Made by a program: the position numbers and the translations under genes. A DNA stretch of 64,000 nucleotides from NCBI RefSeq assembly GCF_006345805.1, contig NC_043000.1, positions 38,192,001-38,256,000 on the forward strand, written 5' to 3'. The notes under the pieces were generated by a model. The model was not told where the DNA came from, did not search any database, and saw only the letters and a list, made by a program, of their open reading frames with translations. Shown piece after piece: positions 25,480-38,335 of this stretch. The DNA comes from Octopus sinensis. Its lineage: Eukaryota. The first letter of the stretch is position 1. The number at the start of each line of letters is the position of its first letter.

Positions 25480-25890
25480 GTTCTCTTTGCAATTTCGGCT
25501 GGTTATACTCGGGATTGTTCCAGTCTGGTCAACCCCAAGGAAAAACTAAACTAAGAGCATTAGATGCTTTGGAAAAAAGCAGCTAATGTATACGAAAACA
25601 AGGACGGAAAAAGCGGTGAAATGTTACACATATACAAATGCAAATAAGAAGGCATACGCAATCTCAAGTATAACATACCGAAATTGCAACGATAATCTGG
25701 AACTCGACTGAGGAACAAATCTTCGAGTGATCCGTCCGTGTTTTTTCTTGTCCTTCTTTTGTATCATCTGTCTGGATGTTTTGTTGTCCCTTTTTTGTAT
25801 CATCTAGCTGTCTGCATTTTTTGCGTTCTTGTCCCATTTTTTTGTATTCCTTTTTATATACATATGGCGGCGTTCGTACACTTTGGTCTC
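25480..25890 (+). repeat. Unclassified interspersed repeat family B (mixed-orientation pieces)
   Basis: Matches 35330-35850, 36565-37085, 38920-39290(-) and 50440-50670(-). Confidence 0.65.
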
Positions 25891-25891
25891 T

Positions 25892-25928
<37 letters not shown>

Positions 25929-26236
25929 ACACACACACACACGCACACACACACATACACACACACACACACACACAGAAGATGGAACTTTGGACTCTCT
26001 GCATTAAGCTCTTCTCTACCCAGATATTTTGTAATTATGTATGTGTGTGAGTGCGCGCACGTACAAAGATCTATTGGTACAGTTGTGTGGTTAGACGCTG
26101 GATTTTCAACTGCAAAGTTTTGCGTTCAGTCCTAGTGCGTGGCACCGTGAGCCGATGTATTGTGAATGAATTTGGCAGACGAAAACTCTTTGTGAGTGAG
26201 TGTGCGTTAGAGAGAGGGAGACAGAGAGAAAGAGAG

Positions 26237-26274
<38 letters not shown>

Positions 26275-26324
26275 TTCTCATATTTCCCTACATATGTATT
26301 TCTAAATATTTATATAATTCAACT

Positions 26325-26610
26325 GGCACCCCGTAGGTTTCAATGGCGAGTTTTGCAGTTCATCCGATAAATGCTCGTGAAAATGAACTTGCAAGTGGCA
26401 GAGCACTCCACACACACGCATGCCCTTAACGTGATTCTAAAGAAGATTCAGCGTGACGCAGAATGTAACAGAGTTGACCCTTTGAATTACAGATACAACC
26501 GAGAGCAGCAGCGTGAAATAAAGTGTCTTGGACACAACACACCACCAGGAATCGAACTCACAACCTCACGACCGTGAGCTGAATACACAAACCACTAAGC
26601 CACACTCCTT
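26325..26610 (-). mobile_element. SINE family D
   Basis: Head TAGTGGTTTGTG..GAGTTCGATTCCTGG on minus strand. Confidence 0.75.
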
Positions 26611-26690
26611 AACTATCTACAGAATAGCATATGTATATATACAGTAATATCGAAAAATACCTTCGGAACCCAGGCTCGAAATTTCCCCAA

Positions 26691-26736
26691 AACACATGAT
26701 GAAGGCTGGAGGGTATATCAGCCGAAACGTTGTGTT
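26691..26736 (+). ncRNA. Minimal hammerhead motif with C3>A change, in Penelope-type fragment 26655-26820
   Basis: AACAC-ATGATGA-a-GGCTG(10)CAGCC-GAAAC-GTT-GTGTT; homolog at 62577-62620. Confidence 0.55.
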
Positions 26737-26829
26737 AACAACAAACAAGATGAGGACAAATATCCAACAATTGTAAATAATGCACATAATGTACATAATT
26801 CCCCATCTCTTAAATATAAAACTTTTTCT

Positions 26830-27125
26830 TTTATTTGTGTCTTTAGTCGAACAAATTGACTCACGGGCTTATTCTTTGTAAGCTTAGTATTTATTCTATC
26901 GGGCTATTTTGCAGTACCGCTAAGTTGCGGGGACATAAACGCACCAACTTCGGTTGTCAAGCGATGGGGAGTGGGGAGTGGACAAACACAGACACAAACA
27001 TATAAAAACACACATATGTATATATGAGGCTATAGCAGAAGATACTTGTCCAAGGTGCCACGCAATGGGACTGAACCCAAAGCCCTGTGGTTGGTAAGCA
27101 AGCTGTTTACCACACAGCCACTCCT
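26830..27125 (-). mobile_element. SINE family A, internally deleted
   Basis: Head near 27120; tail portion 26830-26990. Confidence 0.7.
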
Positions 27126-27837
27126 ACAGTAACACCAGCACCTCCCCATATCCCATCTTTCCTCTGTTGACAATAGACATTAATCTTCTTCAGATCTATT
27201 GAAACATCAGTGCGAAGTCAGAAAGATTGCAGTTGAGTGTGAAAGGAAATGAAACGGGCGCAGCCAAATCTCTTGGTCCAGCAAATAACTCAGGCGACGC
27301 CCTTCATTGCTTTCAAAGAAATTCTGTGAGTGTTTCCTTTGATTTTTTCATCTTGTTTCTTTTTATTTATGATAACGTTATTGTAGATCCTATTGAAAAG
27401 AGGCGGAGATGAAATGAGAGGCCGTGGAAACAAAACCGTTTTCACAGGACATACGTTACAACTGCGTTTCAAGACATAAAAGTTGGGGAGATCATAAAAT
27501 AAGGAAAGAAAAGGGTTAAGACAAAACAAAAAAGGAAGAAGAAAAAAAACTGCTAGAGGATCTGTCAAGAAATTTAACGCCAGGCAATTTGTCCTGGAAC
27601 GTCATCATTGCCAGACAAGACAATCGGCACTATTATCTCTATCATCATGTCACCGACACCACTGCCATCATTACTGTCATATTCACAATCACCACCACCA
27701 CCACCACCACCACCACCACCATAATCAACGTCGTCGTCGCCATCATCATCATCATTGTCATCATCATCATCTCTATCTTATCATCATCACAACCCCCCAA
27801 AATCTCTCTATCTCTCTATCTATCTATCCATCTATCC

Positions 27838-27878
<41 letters not shown>

Positions 27879-27887
27879 AATATATAT

Positions 27888-28081
27888 GTAGATCCCGGGT
27901 TGAGTCGGGGTTAACCACAGTAAATAAGGTACTAAATACATAGCAGAGTAAATTAATTTATTTTATAGAAGGAGCTTCTACAGGACTAGAACTGTTTCAT
28001 TCAAATGAATCATCAGGAAGCTGATGACTTCATTTGAATGAAACAGTTCTAGTCCTGTAGAAGCTCCTTCTATAAAATAAA
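27888..28081 (-). mobile_element. Hairpin insert with degenerate hammerhead core at its centre
   Basis: Arms 27956-28016 / 28021-28082; CTGATGA..GAAAC on both arms; flanking TATCTAAATATATAT at 27873-27887 and 28082-28096. Confidence 0.65.
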
Positions 28082-28170
28082 TATCTAAATATATATATAT
28101 ATATAAATGTTATTCGTAATGAGATAAAAAACCAAGGGTGTGTAGATTTTAGAACATTTATAGATAGAAG

Positions 28171-28218
28171 GTCTTACAGCTGTTTCCAGGATATTTATTA
28201 TATCCCTTCATCATAGAC
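28171..28218 (-). ncRNA. Minimal hammerhead motif (C3>A) in Penelope-type fragment 28110-28432
   Basis: GTCT-ATGATGA-a-GGGATAT(aataa)ATATCCT-g-GAAAC-AGCT-GTA-AGAC. Confidence 0.6.
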
Positions 28219-28488
28219 GATGTGAAAGGATAGTTAAGTAATAGTTAATTTAGATAAGATACGAAATAGAGAGTGAGGTGAAGGAAAGAAAATAGATGTG
28301 AGATGTATAGGGATATTGAATTTGTAGATCCATTTTTTAGGCAAAATGGTATACATGTAAGATTCCAATACTTTATGAGTAAAATCCAACAGCATTTTAA
28401 ATTGGTCATTCCAAGTATCGAGTCTATACACAGTGTTTTTGAATCATATATATATATATGAAGGTGGAAAATGTACGCATATATGTTT

Positions 28489-28523
<35 letters not shown>

Positions 28524-28524
28524 C

Positions 28525-28905
28525 TACGGTTACGACGACAAGGGTTCCACTTGATACGATCAACGGAACAGCCTGCTCGTGAAATTAACGATCAGTGGAA
28601 ATTAACGATCAGCTCGTCAAGTGGCTAAGCACTCCACAGACACATGTACCCTTAACGTGATTCTCGAGGAAATTCAGTGTCAGACAGAGTGTGACAAGGC
28701 TGGCCCCTTTGAAATACAGGTACAACAGAAACAGGAAGAAAGAGTGAGAGAAGGTTGTTGTGAAAGGGTACAACAGAGTTCGCCACCAGCCCCTGCCGGA
28801 GCCTCATGGAGCTTTAAGTGTTTTCGCTCAATAAACACTCACAATGCCTGGTCTGGGAATCGAAACCGCGAGACCGCTGCCCTAACCACAGGGCCGTTAC
28901 ACCTC
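28525..28905 (-). mobile_element. SINE family E
   Basis: Homologous to 3580-3955. Confidence 0.8.
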
Positions 28906-28947
28906 TACTATATACATACATTCATACATACATACGTACTTATATAC

Positions 28948-28994
<47 letters not shown>

Positions 28995-28998
<4 letters not shown>

Positions 28999-29913
28999 GT
29001 TGGGTTGAAGAATAATTCATGAGTGCTTGTTCTTTTTATTTATTTTTTTTAATTTAAAAATGCACGCAGAAATAAAACACATTGGAAAAATATTCTATAT
29101 TATTTGAAACAAGATTTTTTGCTTTGCAAGATAGTATGATTTGATTTTTTAAAAATTCTATTCATTTTGTAGATTTTCTGATCATTAAAATGGAATGTCA
29201 AGTGGAAAAAACTGAACATTTCGACACCATTTGCTTTTGGCGTTAAATCAAAGCTGCTCGTGAGATTTGTGCTGTATATGAAGAAGGAGCAATGCCTCAA
29301 AGAACCGCCCACCGTTGGTTTTTGCGCTTCAAAAATGGGAATTTTGACCTCAAGGACGGATTACACACCGGTCGACTAATTGAGTTCGATGAACCTTGCC
29401 CATTGAGTGAAGGCGGTTCACCACAGTTTCTTTTTTTTTTATCACAATCCATCTGCTCCGCCACTTCTTTGGTCGTTTGACGTGCGTTTTCTTGAAGTTG
29501 ATTCAATCGCTCTTCATCGAATTCAGTTGGTCGACCGGTGAGTGATCCGTCTTTGAAGTCAAAATTCCTATTTTTTAAGTGTGAAGACCAACGGCGGGCG
29601 GTGTATTGAGGCTCCTTCTCCATACACAGTATGAATCTCACGAGAATATTCGGCGGCCTGAACACCGCGATTTACCGCCAAAAGCAAATGGTATCGAAAA
29701 TGCTCAGTTTTGTCCTCTTAACATCCCATTTTAATGATCTGAAAACACACAAATCAATAGAATTAAAAAATCAAAATACATTACCTTTTAGAGCCAAAAG
29801 GTCTGTTTTAAATAAAATAAAACATTTTACCAATGAGTTTTATTTCTGCGTGCATTTTCAAATTTGAAAAAGAAAAAAAAAAGAGAACACTTATGAATTA
29901 TTCCTCAACCCAA
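28995..29913. mobile_element. Mariner-derived non-autonomous element built from two inverted 5' halves
   Basis: TIR TTGGGTTGA(A/G)GAATAATTCAT(G/A)AGTG at both ends; both arms encode ..HRWFLRFKNGNFDLKDG..GR..EFDE-like HTH, pointing inward. Confidence 0.8.
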
Positions 29914-30119
29914 TTAATAAGTATATGTATGTGTGTGTGTGTGTTTGCATGCATATATATACATATGATGTTTCCTATGAAATGTCGAATTTTTTAATTA
30001 CTTGCTATTTAAGTCATTTAAAAACTTAATTATGTATACCCTTGCATATAATTTTTACTCTTTTTCCCAATAATATTGGTATACAAAATTCGTACCCACA
30101 GACCTCATCAAACTGATAA

Positions 30120-31070
30120 CAACCAAACTAAGTTGAGTGATTTTCTCGTATGAGTAAAAACTGGACCGCTCTGCCGCAGAAGCTCTACAGAATATCAAGC
30201 GAGCCTTTAGTAATGGTTTTGTTGATATCAAAACTGTTCAGAGATGGTTCCAAAGCTCTCGTTCAGGAGATGATAGCCTTGAAAATAAACCAAGGAGTTG
30301 ACCAAAATCATTTATTCGGCATGATTGACTAAATGTTTTGGTTGGACAAAATCCGGGAACAAAGGTTCGAAAATTCTCATCAGAACTCCAACATCTCGTA
30401 CAACTGATTTTGGACATCTGTAAAACATTGGAAAAGTCAAGAAAACGGATAGATTTGTTCCACATAAACTGAACGAGATTAAAAAATGCAGCCCCCTCGA
30501 AGTGTGCTCCTTATTGCTTTCTCGACTGGAAAAAGACCATTTTTGCATCAAATCATTACTTGTGATGAGAAATGGATACTCTTTGATAACAGCAGGGGAA
30601 CAGGACAGTGATTAGATGCAGGAGAGTCACCTAAACACTACCCAAAGCCACCATTCCATCCTAAAATGTTAGTGGTCAGTCTATGGTGGTCTGCGAAGGG
30701 AGTTATTCATTATTCCTTTTTGCAACAAGCGAAAACGGTAACAGTAACATCGTATTGCCAGGAAATTGATTGTATGCAAGGGAATTTGTAAAAGAAGTAA
30801 CCCAGACTAGTGAATAGAGATGGCCCAATTTTGCTCCACGACAATGTACACGCTGACACTCCTCAAGCTACGATCCAAAAGTTGCAAAGCCTGGATTATG
30901 AGATTTTGCAACATCCTCCCTACTCCTCTGATATCTCTCCTACTGATCATCAAGCATTTTGAGTTTTTCATAAGGAATAAAACATCCTTAAATAGAGAAG
31001 AGGTAATTGAAGCATTCGGACAGTTTATCACAGCAAAAGATGAATTTTTTTTGAAGATGGAATATATGAC
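30120..31070 (+). pseudogene. Mariner DD34D transposase remnant
   Basis: TVQRWFQ..GDDSLENKPRS, IITCDEKWILFDN, SLWWSAKGVIHY, ILLHDN, HPPYSPDISPTD; multiple stops and frameshifts. Confidence 0.9.
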
Positions 31071-31191
31071 TTAGACAAACCAACGTTGGATAAACGCCCT
31101 AGCAAGTATCTGATGCCTTGCCTTAACGTTGTTTGTCCTCTTTAACAATTATATATCTATCCATCTATCTATCTATCTATATATATACGTA

Positions 31192-31262
<71 letters not shown>

Positions 31263-31286
31263 ATATATATATATATATGTGTATAT

Positions 31287-31333
<47 letters not shown>

Positions 31334-31337
31334 ATAT

Positions 31338-31368
<31 letters not shown>

Positions 31369-31374
31369 GTATCT

Positions 31375-31580
31375 ATATTCTTTTATTCTTTTACTTGTTT
31401 CAGTTATTTTACTTCTTTTAGTCGCACGAATCGACGCCAGGACTTATTCTTTGTAAGCCTAGTAATTATTCTCTCGGTCTCTTTTGCCGAGCCGCTGGGT
31501 TACGGGGGGACGTAAACACACCAACATCGGTTCTGAACTGATGGTGCGGTGACAAACATAGACACACAAATAAATACATA
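31375..31580 (-). mobile_element. SINE family A tail half
   Basis: GCCGAGCCGCTGGGTTACGGGGGACGTAAACACACCAACATCGG. Confidence 0.7.
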
Positions 31581-31585
31581 TTTCC

Positions 31586-31623
<38 letters not shown>

Positions 31624-32199
31624 CGCGCGCGCACACACACACACGCAAACACACACACACACATATAAACTTGGATAAAACTTAGATATGTTTCGACCAA
31701 AGAATGGTCCAGGTCATGTCTAACTTAATAGCACCACCTGATAGGATTATCTAAATCCTTTTAAAGTCAAGTTTTGTAGTCCATTCAAGTAGGGACTTAT
31801 TCTTAACCCTTTATTTTTTACGTCAGTCAGTTTCTTTTATGATCATTCCGTTGTCGTCTCAAATGAAATTCCTTGTCATTGAATTATGGCTGAATACTCC
31901 ACAGATAATTATAACCTTAAGATGCCTGGAACTGAGAATTACTGGTACAACTCTTTCGACCTAATTCCACTGAATCGTCTTCAGTCGACCCGGGACTGTC
32001 GTAAATGACAATGGCCTCAGATGTCACGCAGCAGGATCGAACCAAGAACCAAATGATTGTGAGGAGAGAGAGAGAAAGGGAGACAGGGGAAGAGAATGGT
32101 TGACGGCTTAGAAGGAGCCAGAAATTGTTGCCAACATAGCACAAGGCAGCATTTTATCAAGAATGGTGGGAAGAGGAGAGGAGGAAGGAAAGAAGAAAA

Positions 32200-32205
32200 G
32201 AAGGA

Positions 32206-32300
<95 letters not shown>

Positions 32301-32540
32301 TAGTAGTAGAGGAAGAAGATGATGATGATGATGATGATGATGACAACGACAAGGAAGAAGAAAATTAAAAGATGAAAGATGGGATGAGAAGTAATAAATA
32401 TCCGGGCATCAATGAAGGTTAATAATAATAAGAAAAACAAGAAAGAAAGAAAGAAAGAAAGAAAGAAATGGTTGTCCATCCTGAGCAATAGTCTGAGCAA
32501 CATCATCATCAACAACAACAACAGCAACAATAGCAACAAT
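32200..32540. repeat. (TAG)n/(CAG)n/(GAT)n/(GAAA)n/(CAA)n microsatellites
   Basis: Seen directly. Confidence 0.95.
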
Positions 32541-32884
32541 AATGTAGGAACATTATCAGCAGTGTGAACAACAATAATACGGAGAATATTAACCGCGATC
32601 GGCAGAGAAGGCTAACTGCGATGATAACAAAAGAAGAAATAGGAACGTGCCAAGCGGTGCATAACAATGTCGGTCATTTACAAAAACACACCAAGAGTCA
32701 TGAAGAAAGATTAACAACAGCACCAATGAAAACAAAAACTGTAATGAGCCACTCGGGATAATCCTACGTTCTAGAAAAAAAATATAATATTATTTTAATG
32801 TTACTTATTAACGGATTTACATAAAACGGTTTCGTGATGTTAAAAAGTTAGATTATGTTGTTTTCGATTTCGTTGTAGCTCTTA

Positions 32885-33340
32885 ATCTTTTATTCTTTTG
32901 CTTGTTTCAGTCATTAAACTGCGGCCATGCTGGGGCACAGACTTGAAGAGATTTTAGTTGAATAAATCGACCCCCCCCACCACCACCACGCGCTTGTACT
33001 AATTTTTTTGTTTAGAGCATGATACTTGTTCTTTTGGGGGGTTTTTTTGCCGAAAATTTAATTTCCGAGGCGGAAACATACCAACACCGACTTTCAAGCG
33101 TTGGTGTGGGACAATCACATACACACACGCGCGCGCATACACACGCTCGCACACACACACATACAGAAAGATATATATACACAACGGGCTTCTTTCAGTT
33201 TCCTTCTATCAAATCCACTTACAAGGCTTTGGTCAGCAAGAAGATATAATAGAAGCAATTTGCAGAAGATAGATACGCAATGAAACTGAACAGGAAACCT
33301 TGTCTTAAGGAAAAGAAAATTCTTACCACACTGCTATGGT
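32885..33340 (-). mobile_element. SINE family A
   Basis: Tail at 32890-32940, microsatellite, head to ~33335. Confidence 0.75.
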
Positions 33341-33967
33341 TAAGGTTGTTTCAGGCGTAAAACTTCGATGAATTTTTACATGCGGGTTTTCACATGCAAG
33401 TATGAGTGAATGTGTGTGTTTGTGTGTGTGTGATTGTGTGTGTGTTTGTGTGTGTTTGTGTGTGTGTGTGTGTGTGGTTAAGAAGCTCGCATTGTAATCA
33501 CATGTTTTCGGGTTCAACCCCTCTGGTTAGCCCTTTCGGCAAGTGACTTCTGCTATAGGTTCTGTTTGAACAATGATTTGTGAGTGAATCTGGAAGGCGG
33601 AAACTGTGGAAGCTCGACTTCTTTATTTCGTTTTCGCTTCTGCACATTACCCCTCAATCGGTTATATATTGGTACCTTTAACAGAAATGGGGGCTTTAAG
33701 CATGAGTATGCATCGTATGAACACGAACATGAAAGAGTATTTCACTTCAGTCATTAGACTGCAGCTATGCTGCAGCACCGCCTCGAAGAATTTTCAGTGG
33801 AATGAACTGAACCCAATACTTATTTTTTAAACTTTGGTACTCTCGGTCTTTCTGATAGTGAACCACTAAATTACAGGGACGTAAACACACCATCACAGGT
33901 TGTCAAGAAGTTGTGGTGGACAAGCACATAGTACATACACACACATATGTATGTATATATATATATA

Positions 33968-34626
33968 TAATGGCTGCCCCCTCGTTATCGAGTATGGCCA
34001 TTGCACGAAGCTTAACTGTTATTGGTGCTGTGATCAAATGTGACTTTTATTTGCTTTTTAAGGCTACAGCCAGTCATTCAGTTGAGACTCACAGCACCAT
34101 CAACAATCATGAACAATGTTGTTATCGTGCAATGCCTGTGCAGGAAGATTTTTTTAAAGTGAGGAAAGGCTGTGCAATGAATCAATCCCACTCACTAAGC
34201 AACAGCAGCCATAATCCGAAAAGAAGAACAAGTCGACATCATCGGTAACCACTGAGCCGCAGGTTTAATGTCGGAGTTATCCCAGTTACCTGAGTTACCT
34301 TCTAGAAGGATGCCCTAACAAAGGCTAGGAGTCCTTCACTCCCAATTGTTTAACCGCGCGATTGGGTATTCAGTCCGATTATTTCTATGTCCCCGCGCAT
34401 GATACAGCCTTAAGCCATAAGGAAAAAAAATTACACTTTTATTGGATGGCCGTTGACTCTCAAAAGTTCTTTCACCCTTTGATGGGTTTTGTTTTTCATC
34501 CCGCAGGGTGTCCAATAAACACCCTCCTTGGTGGTGTTGCCGGTTTAGTCGCCGATAGCCCGACCATGCAACAGGTTGTACTGGGTTACATGTCACCAGT
34601 AGCACTCGAAAGTGACCTGACACAAG
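33968..34626 (-). mobile_element. Short RTE derivative: 5'-UTR-like segment fused to the last ~80 nt of the RTE
   Basis: 33970-34049 nearly identical to 19573-19651; no RT sequence; TTAGGGCATCCTTCTAGAAGG..AACTCCGACATTAAACC resembles an RTE 5' UTR motif (recalled, not searched). Confidence 0.6.
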
Positions 34627-34650
34627 TATATATATATATATATACATACA

Positions 34651-35322
34651 TATTGAGTCTTCCCATAAATAATGCGATTTTTTCAATTTCATGAATCAAA
34701 AGTCGGAGGGGATGGGATAAACTACATGCATCAACTTGCTATAAGAGAAGGTAGTAATTTTACCTTGTCCTTATTCTTAGTGCCAGTTTTGAAGAGTGCA
34801 GTTCGATTTTAACAAAGCTATAATGGAAGTGACAAAGGAGCATATTTGGCATATTTTGCTTTATGAGTTCAGTAAAGGCAACGACGCAAAGGAAAGTGAG
34901 AGAAATATTAATGCAGATCGGACAATAAGCGCAAGCCAGTGTCAATGGTGATTACAGAATGTCCAAGCTGGAAACTACAGCTTAGAGGATGAACCTTGTC
35001 CTGGAAGACCTGTAGAGCTTGACAAGGATGTCCTATAAACATTGGTGGAAGAAAATCCCATCGTAACTGTTGAAGAACTAGCAGAGAATCTGGATTTGGT
35101 TATTCAACCATTCATCGACACTTGCGTGCCATCAGAAAAGTCGGCAAATTGGGTCAATAGGTTACTCACAAACTTTCCGAATCAAACTGCGCGCAGAGAG
35201 TGAATGTGTACTTAACCTTTTGGGGTCGAATGGCGACTGGTGACGAGAAATGGTTTCTCTATCAAACTGTCAAGCGCCAAAGACAGTGGGTAGGGATAGG
35301 AGAAACACCGGTACCCCAGGCT
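34651..35322 (+). pseudogene. Mariner 5' end plus N-terminal transposase fragment (copy 1)
   Basis: MEVTKEHIWHILLYEF..GNYSLEDEPCPGRP..TVEELAE..TGDEKWFLY. Confidence 0.85.
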
Positions 35323-35883
35323 ATATGAAGAGATTCAAGGAAATGTGAGATAGTGGGAAGGACAGAACGAAGAATGGAATGAACGAGGGCACGTCAAATC
35401 TTATTTCCCTGCCGTAAGGGTTTACTCCCACACACGCCAGCTTAATTTAATTGATCCTTAGCCGAAAGACACCTGTTGTTATGTCCTGTTATTTGCATTT
35501 GTATTTGTGTAACATTTCTCCGTTTTTTCCGTCTTGTTTTCGGATACATTCGCTGCTTTCTTCCAAAGAATCTATAGCACTTAGCTTAGTTTTTCCTTGG
35601 GGCTGGCCAGATAGGAGCAATATCGAGGATAACCAACCGAAATTGCAAAGATATAGTCTGCAACTCAACTCAGAAAAGAAAACACCGAATGACCCGTCCT
35701 TGTTTTCTTTGTATCGTCTGTCTGGATGTTTTGTTGTCCCTTTTTTGTATCACCTAACTGTCTGGATGTTTTGCGCTCTTGTCCCAGTTTTGGTATTTTT
35801 TATATATTAAAATATAGCGTCGTACGTACACTTTGGTCTCTTATATGTGTGTTTATATATATATATATATATATATACATACA

Positions 35884-36556
35884 TATTGAGTCTTCCCATA
35901 AATAATGCGATTTTTTCAATTTCATGAATCAAAAGTCGGAGGGGATGGGATAAACTACATGCATCAACTTGCTATAAGAGCAGGTAGTAATTTTACCTTG
36001 TCCTTATTCTTATTGCCAGTTTTGAAGAGTGCAGTTCGATTTTAACAAAGCTATAATGGAAGTGACAAAGGAGCATATTTGGCATATTTTGCTTTATGAG
36101 TTCAGTAAAGGCAACGACGCAAAGGAAAGTGAGAGAAATATTAATGCAGATCGGACAATAAGCGCAAGCCAGTGTCAATGGTGATTACAGAATGTCCAAG
36201 CTGGAAACTACAGCTTAGAGGATGAACCTTGTCCTGGAAGACCTGTAGAGCTTGACAAGGATGTCCTATAAACATTGGTGGAAGAAAATCCCATCGTAAC
36301 TGTTGAAGAACTAGCAGAGAATCTTGGATTTGGTTATTCAACCATTCATCGACACTTGCGTGCCATCAGAAAAGTCGGCAAATTGGGTCAATAGGTTACT
36401 CACAAACTTTCCGAATCAAACTGCGCGCAGAGAGTGAATGTGTACTTAACCTTTTGGGGTCGAATGGCGACTGGTGACGAGAAATGGTTTCTCTATCAAA
36501 CTGTCAAGCGCCAAAGACAGTGGGTAGGGATAGGAGAAACACCGGTACCCCAGGCT
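35884..36556 (+). pseudogene. Mariner 5' end plus N-terminal transposase fragment (copy 2)
   Basis: Duplicate of 34651-35322. Confidence 0.85.
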
Positions 36557-37909
36557 ATATGAAGAGATTCAAGGAAATGTGAGATAGTGGGAAGGACAGA
36601 ACGAAGAATGGAATGAACGAGGGCACGTCAAATCTTATTTCCCTGCCGTAAGGGTTTACTCCCACACACGCCAGCTTAATTTAATTGATCCTTAGCCGAA
36701 AGACACCTGTTGTTATGTCCTGTTATTTGCATTTGTATTTGTGTAACATTTCTCCGTTTTTTCCGTCTTGTTTTCGGATACATTCGCTGCTTTCTTCCAA
36801 AGAATCTATAGCACTTAGCTTAGTTTTTCCTTGGGGCTGGCCAGATAGGAGCAATATCGAGGATAACCAACCGAAATTGCAAAGATATAGTCTGCAACTC
36901 AACTCAGAAAAGAAAACACCGAATGACCCGTCCTTGTTTTCTTTGTATCGTCTGTCTGGATGTTTTGTTGTCCCTTTTTTGTATCACCTAACTGTCTGGA
37001 TGTTTTGCGCTCTTGTCCCAGTTTTGGTATTTTTTATATATTAAAATATAGCGTCGTACGTACACTTTGGTCTCTTATATGTGTGTTTATATATATATAT
37101 AAATGCACACACATTACATAGTTTTAATTAAATTGTTAATATACTTTGTATTGTGTTTGACGACCGGTTTCGCTTTCGCTTTACTATTTGAATTTGTCAA
37201 ATGCTGCAGCCATCAAATTTGCTTTCAATCTTTTAGGGTCTGCGGTCATTATAATTTTTTCTTCCAAGAATGGCTGTGTGATAACAAACGTGCTTCCCAA
37301 CCACACATGGTTCCCAGTTCAATATACATATGTGCGTGTGTGGGTGTGTAAATGACGGGCTTCTTTTAGCTACCATCTACTAAATCCACTCACCTATTAG
37401 AATATGCTTGCCAAAAGAGCCATGCAGGGAGTGGGATTGAACTGGGAATCCTGTGTGGTTGGGAAGCAAGTTTCTTGCCACACGGCCATGCTTGGAAAGA
37501 AAAATTAGAATGATCCCAAAACCGTAAGAGATTGAAGCCAAATTTGATGCCTGCGCCATTTAACAAATTCAGATGGTAAAGAAGAAGAAGAAACATCGGA
37601 AGGTATTTCCCAATCAACTCGTTAACGATTCTTCCAGTCCAACGTTTTGTCTGTAACAAAAACAACAACAAAATAAATAAATGAAACACTGAAAACTAAC
37701 AGCTGCATGAGACAAAATAAAACTATAAATAAAAAAAAACCCATTAAAGATGCATAAAATAAACAAATAAGTTCTAGAATGAAAGATATATAGCAAAAGA
37801 GAAAATGTGGAGGCCATATTGCTCCGTAAGATAACGCCAAAGAACTTTGGAAACAAAAGTTCTTGACGATTTATAAGCACACAAAGCTAAACGCCGCCAA
37901 CAGATAGAT

Positions 37910-38335
37910 TTTTTCTTAATTCTTCTTCTTCTTCTTTTTCCTTCTTTCTCTTTTACTTTTTCCTATCTCATCCATCCCCCTCGTTCTTTCTTCTTCACCT
38001 CCTTCCTCATCCTTCGCTTCTTTCTCTGCCTCTCTCTTCCTCTTATCTCCCTCCCTCCCTCCTCCTCTCTCTCCCTCCTTCCTCCTGTCTCTGCATCCCT
38101 CATCCTCTCTGTCACTCCCTCCTCTCTCTGACCCCTTCTCCTCTCTCCATCCCTCCTCTCTCTCCCTCTCTCTCTCACTCCTGTCTCTCACTCCCTCCCT
38201 TCTCCTCTCTCTCCTCCCCTCCTCTCTCTCACTCCCTCCGTCCTCCTTTCTCTTCCTCCCTCCCTCCTTCCTTCTCTCTCTCCCTCCCTCCCCTCCCTCC
38301 CCATCCCTCCCTCTCATCTTCCCTCTCTCTCTCCG
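37910..38335. repeat. CT-rich low-complexity tract
   Basis: Seen directly. Confidence 0.95.

Larger units (their letters stand above)
34627..37095. repeat. 1234-bp near-identical tandem duplication
   Basis: Identical ORFs at 35451 and 36685; only a few differences seen between copies. Confidence 0.95.

Noticed and set aside
27191-27325. Plus-strand coding exon (good AG/GT signals)
   Set aside because: Stops in all three frames from the best acceptor; could only be non-coding.
34500-34626. HDV-like ribozyme at the 5' end of the RTE derivative
   Set aside because: GG-TCG..CGA-CTAA-ACCGG fits P4/J4-2/P2', but I could not build a consistent P1/P3/L3. A descriptor search on the family consensus would decide.
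37572-37601. 30-nt plus-strand micro-exon (ATGGTAAAGAAG..GGAAG|gtattt)
   Set aside because: Weak pyrimidine tract and donor; no supporting context.
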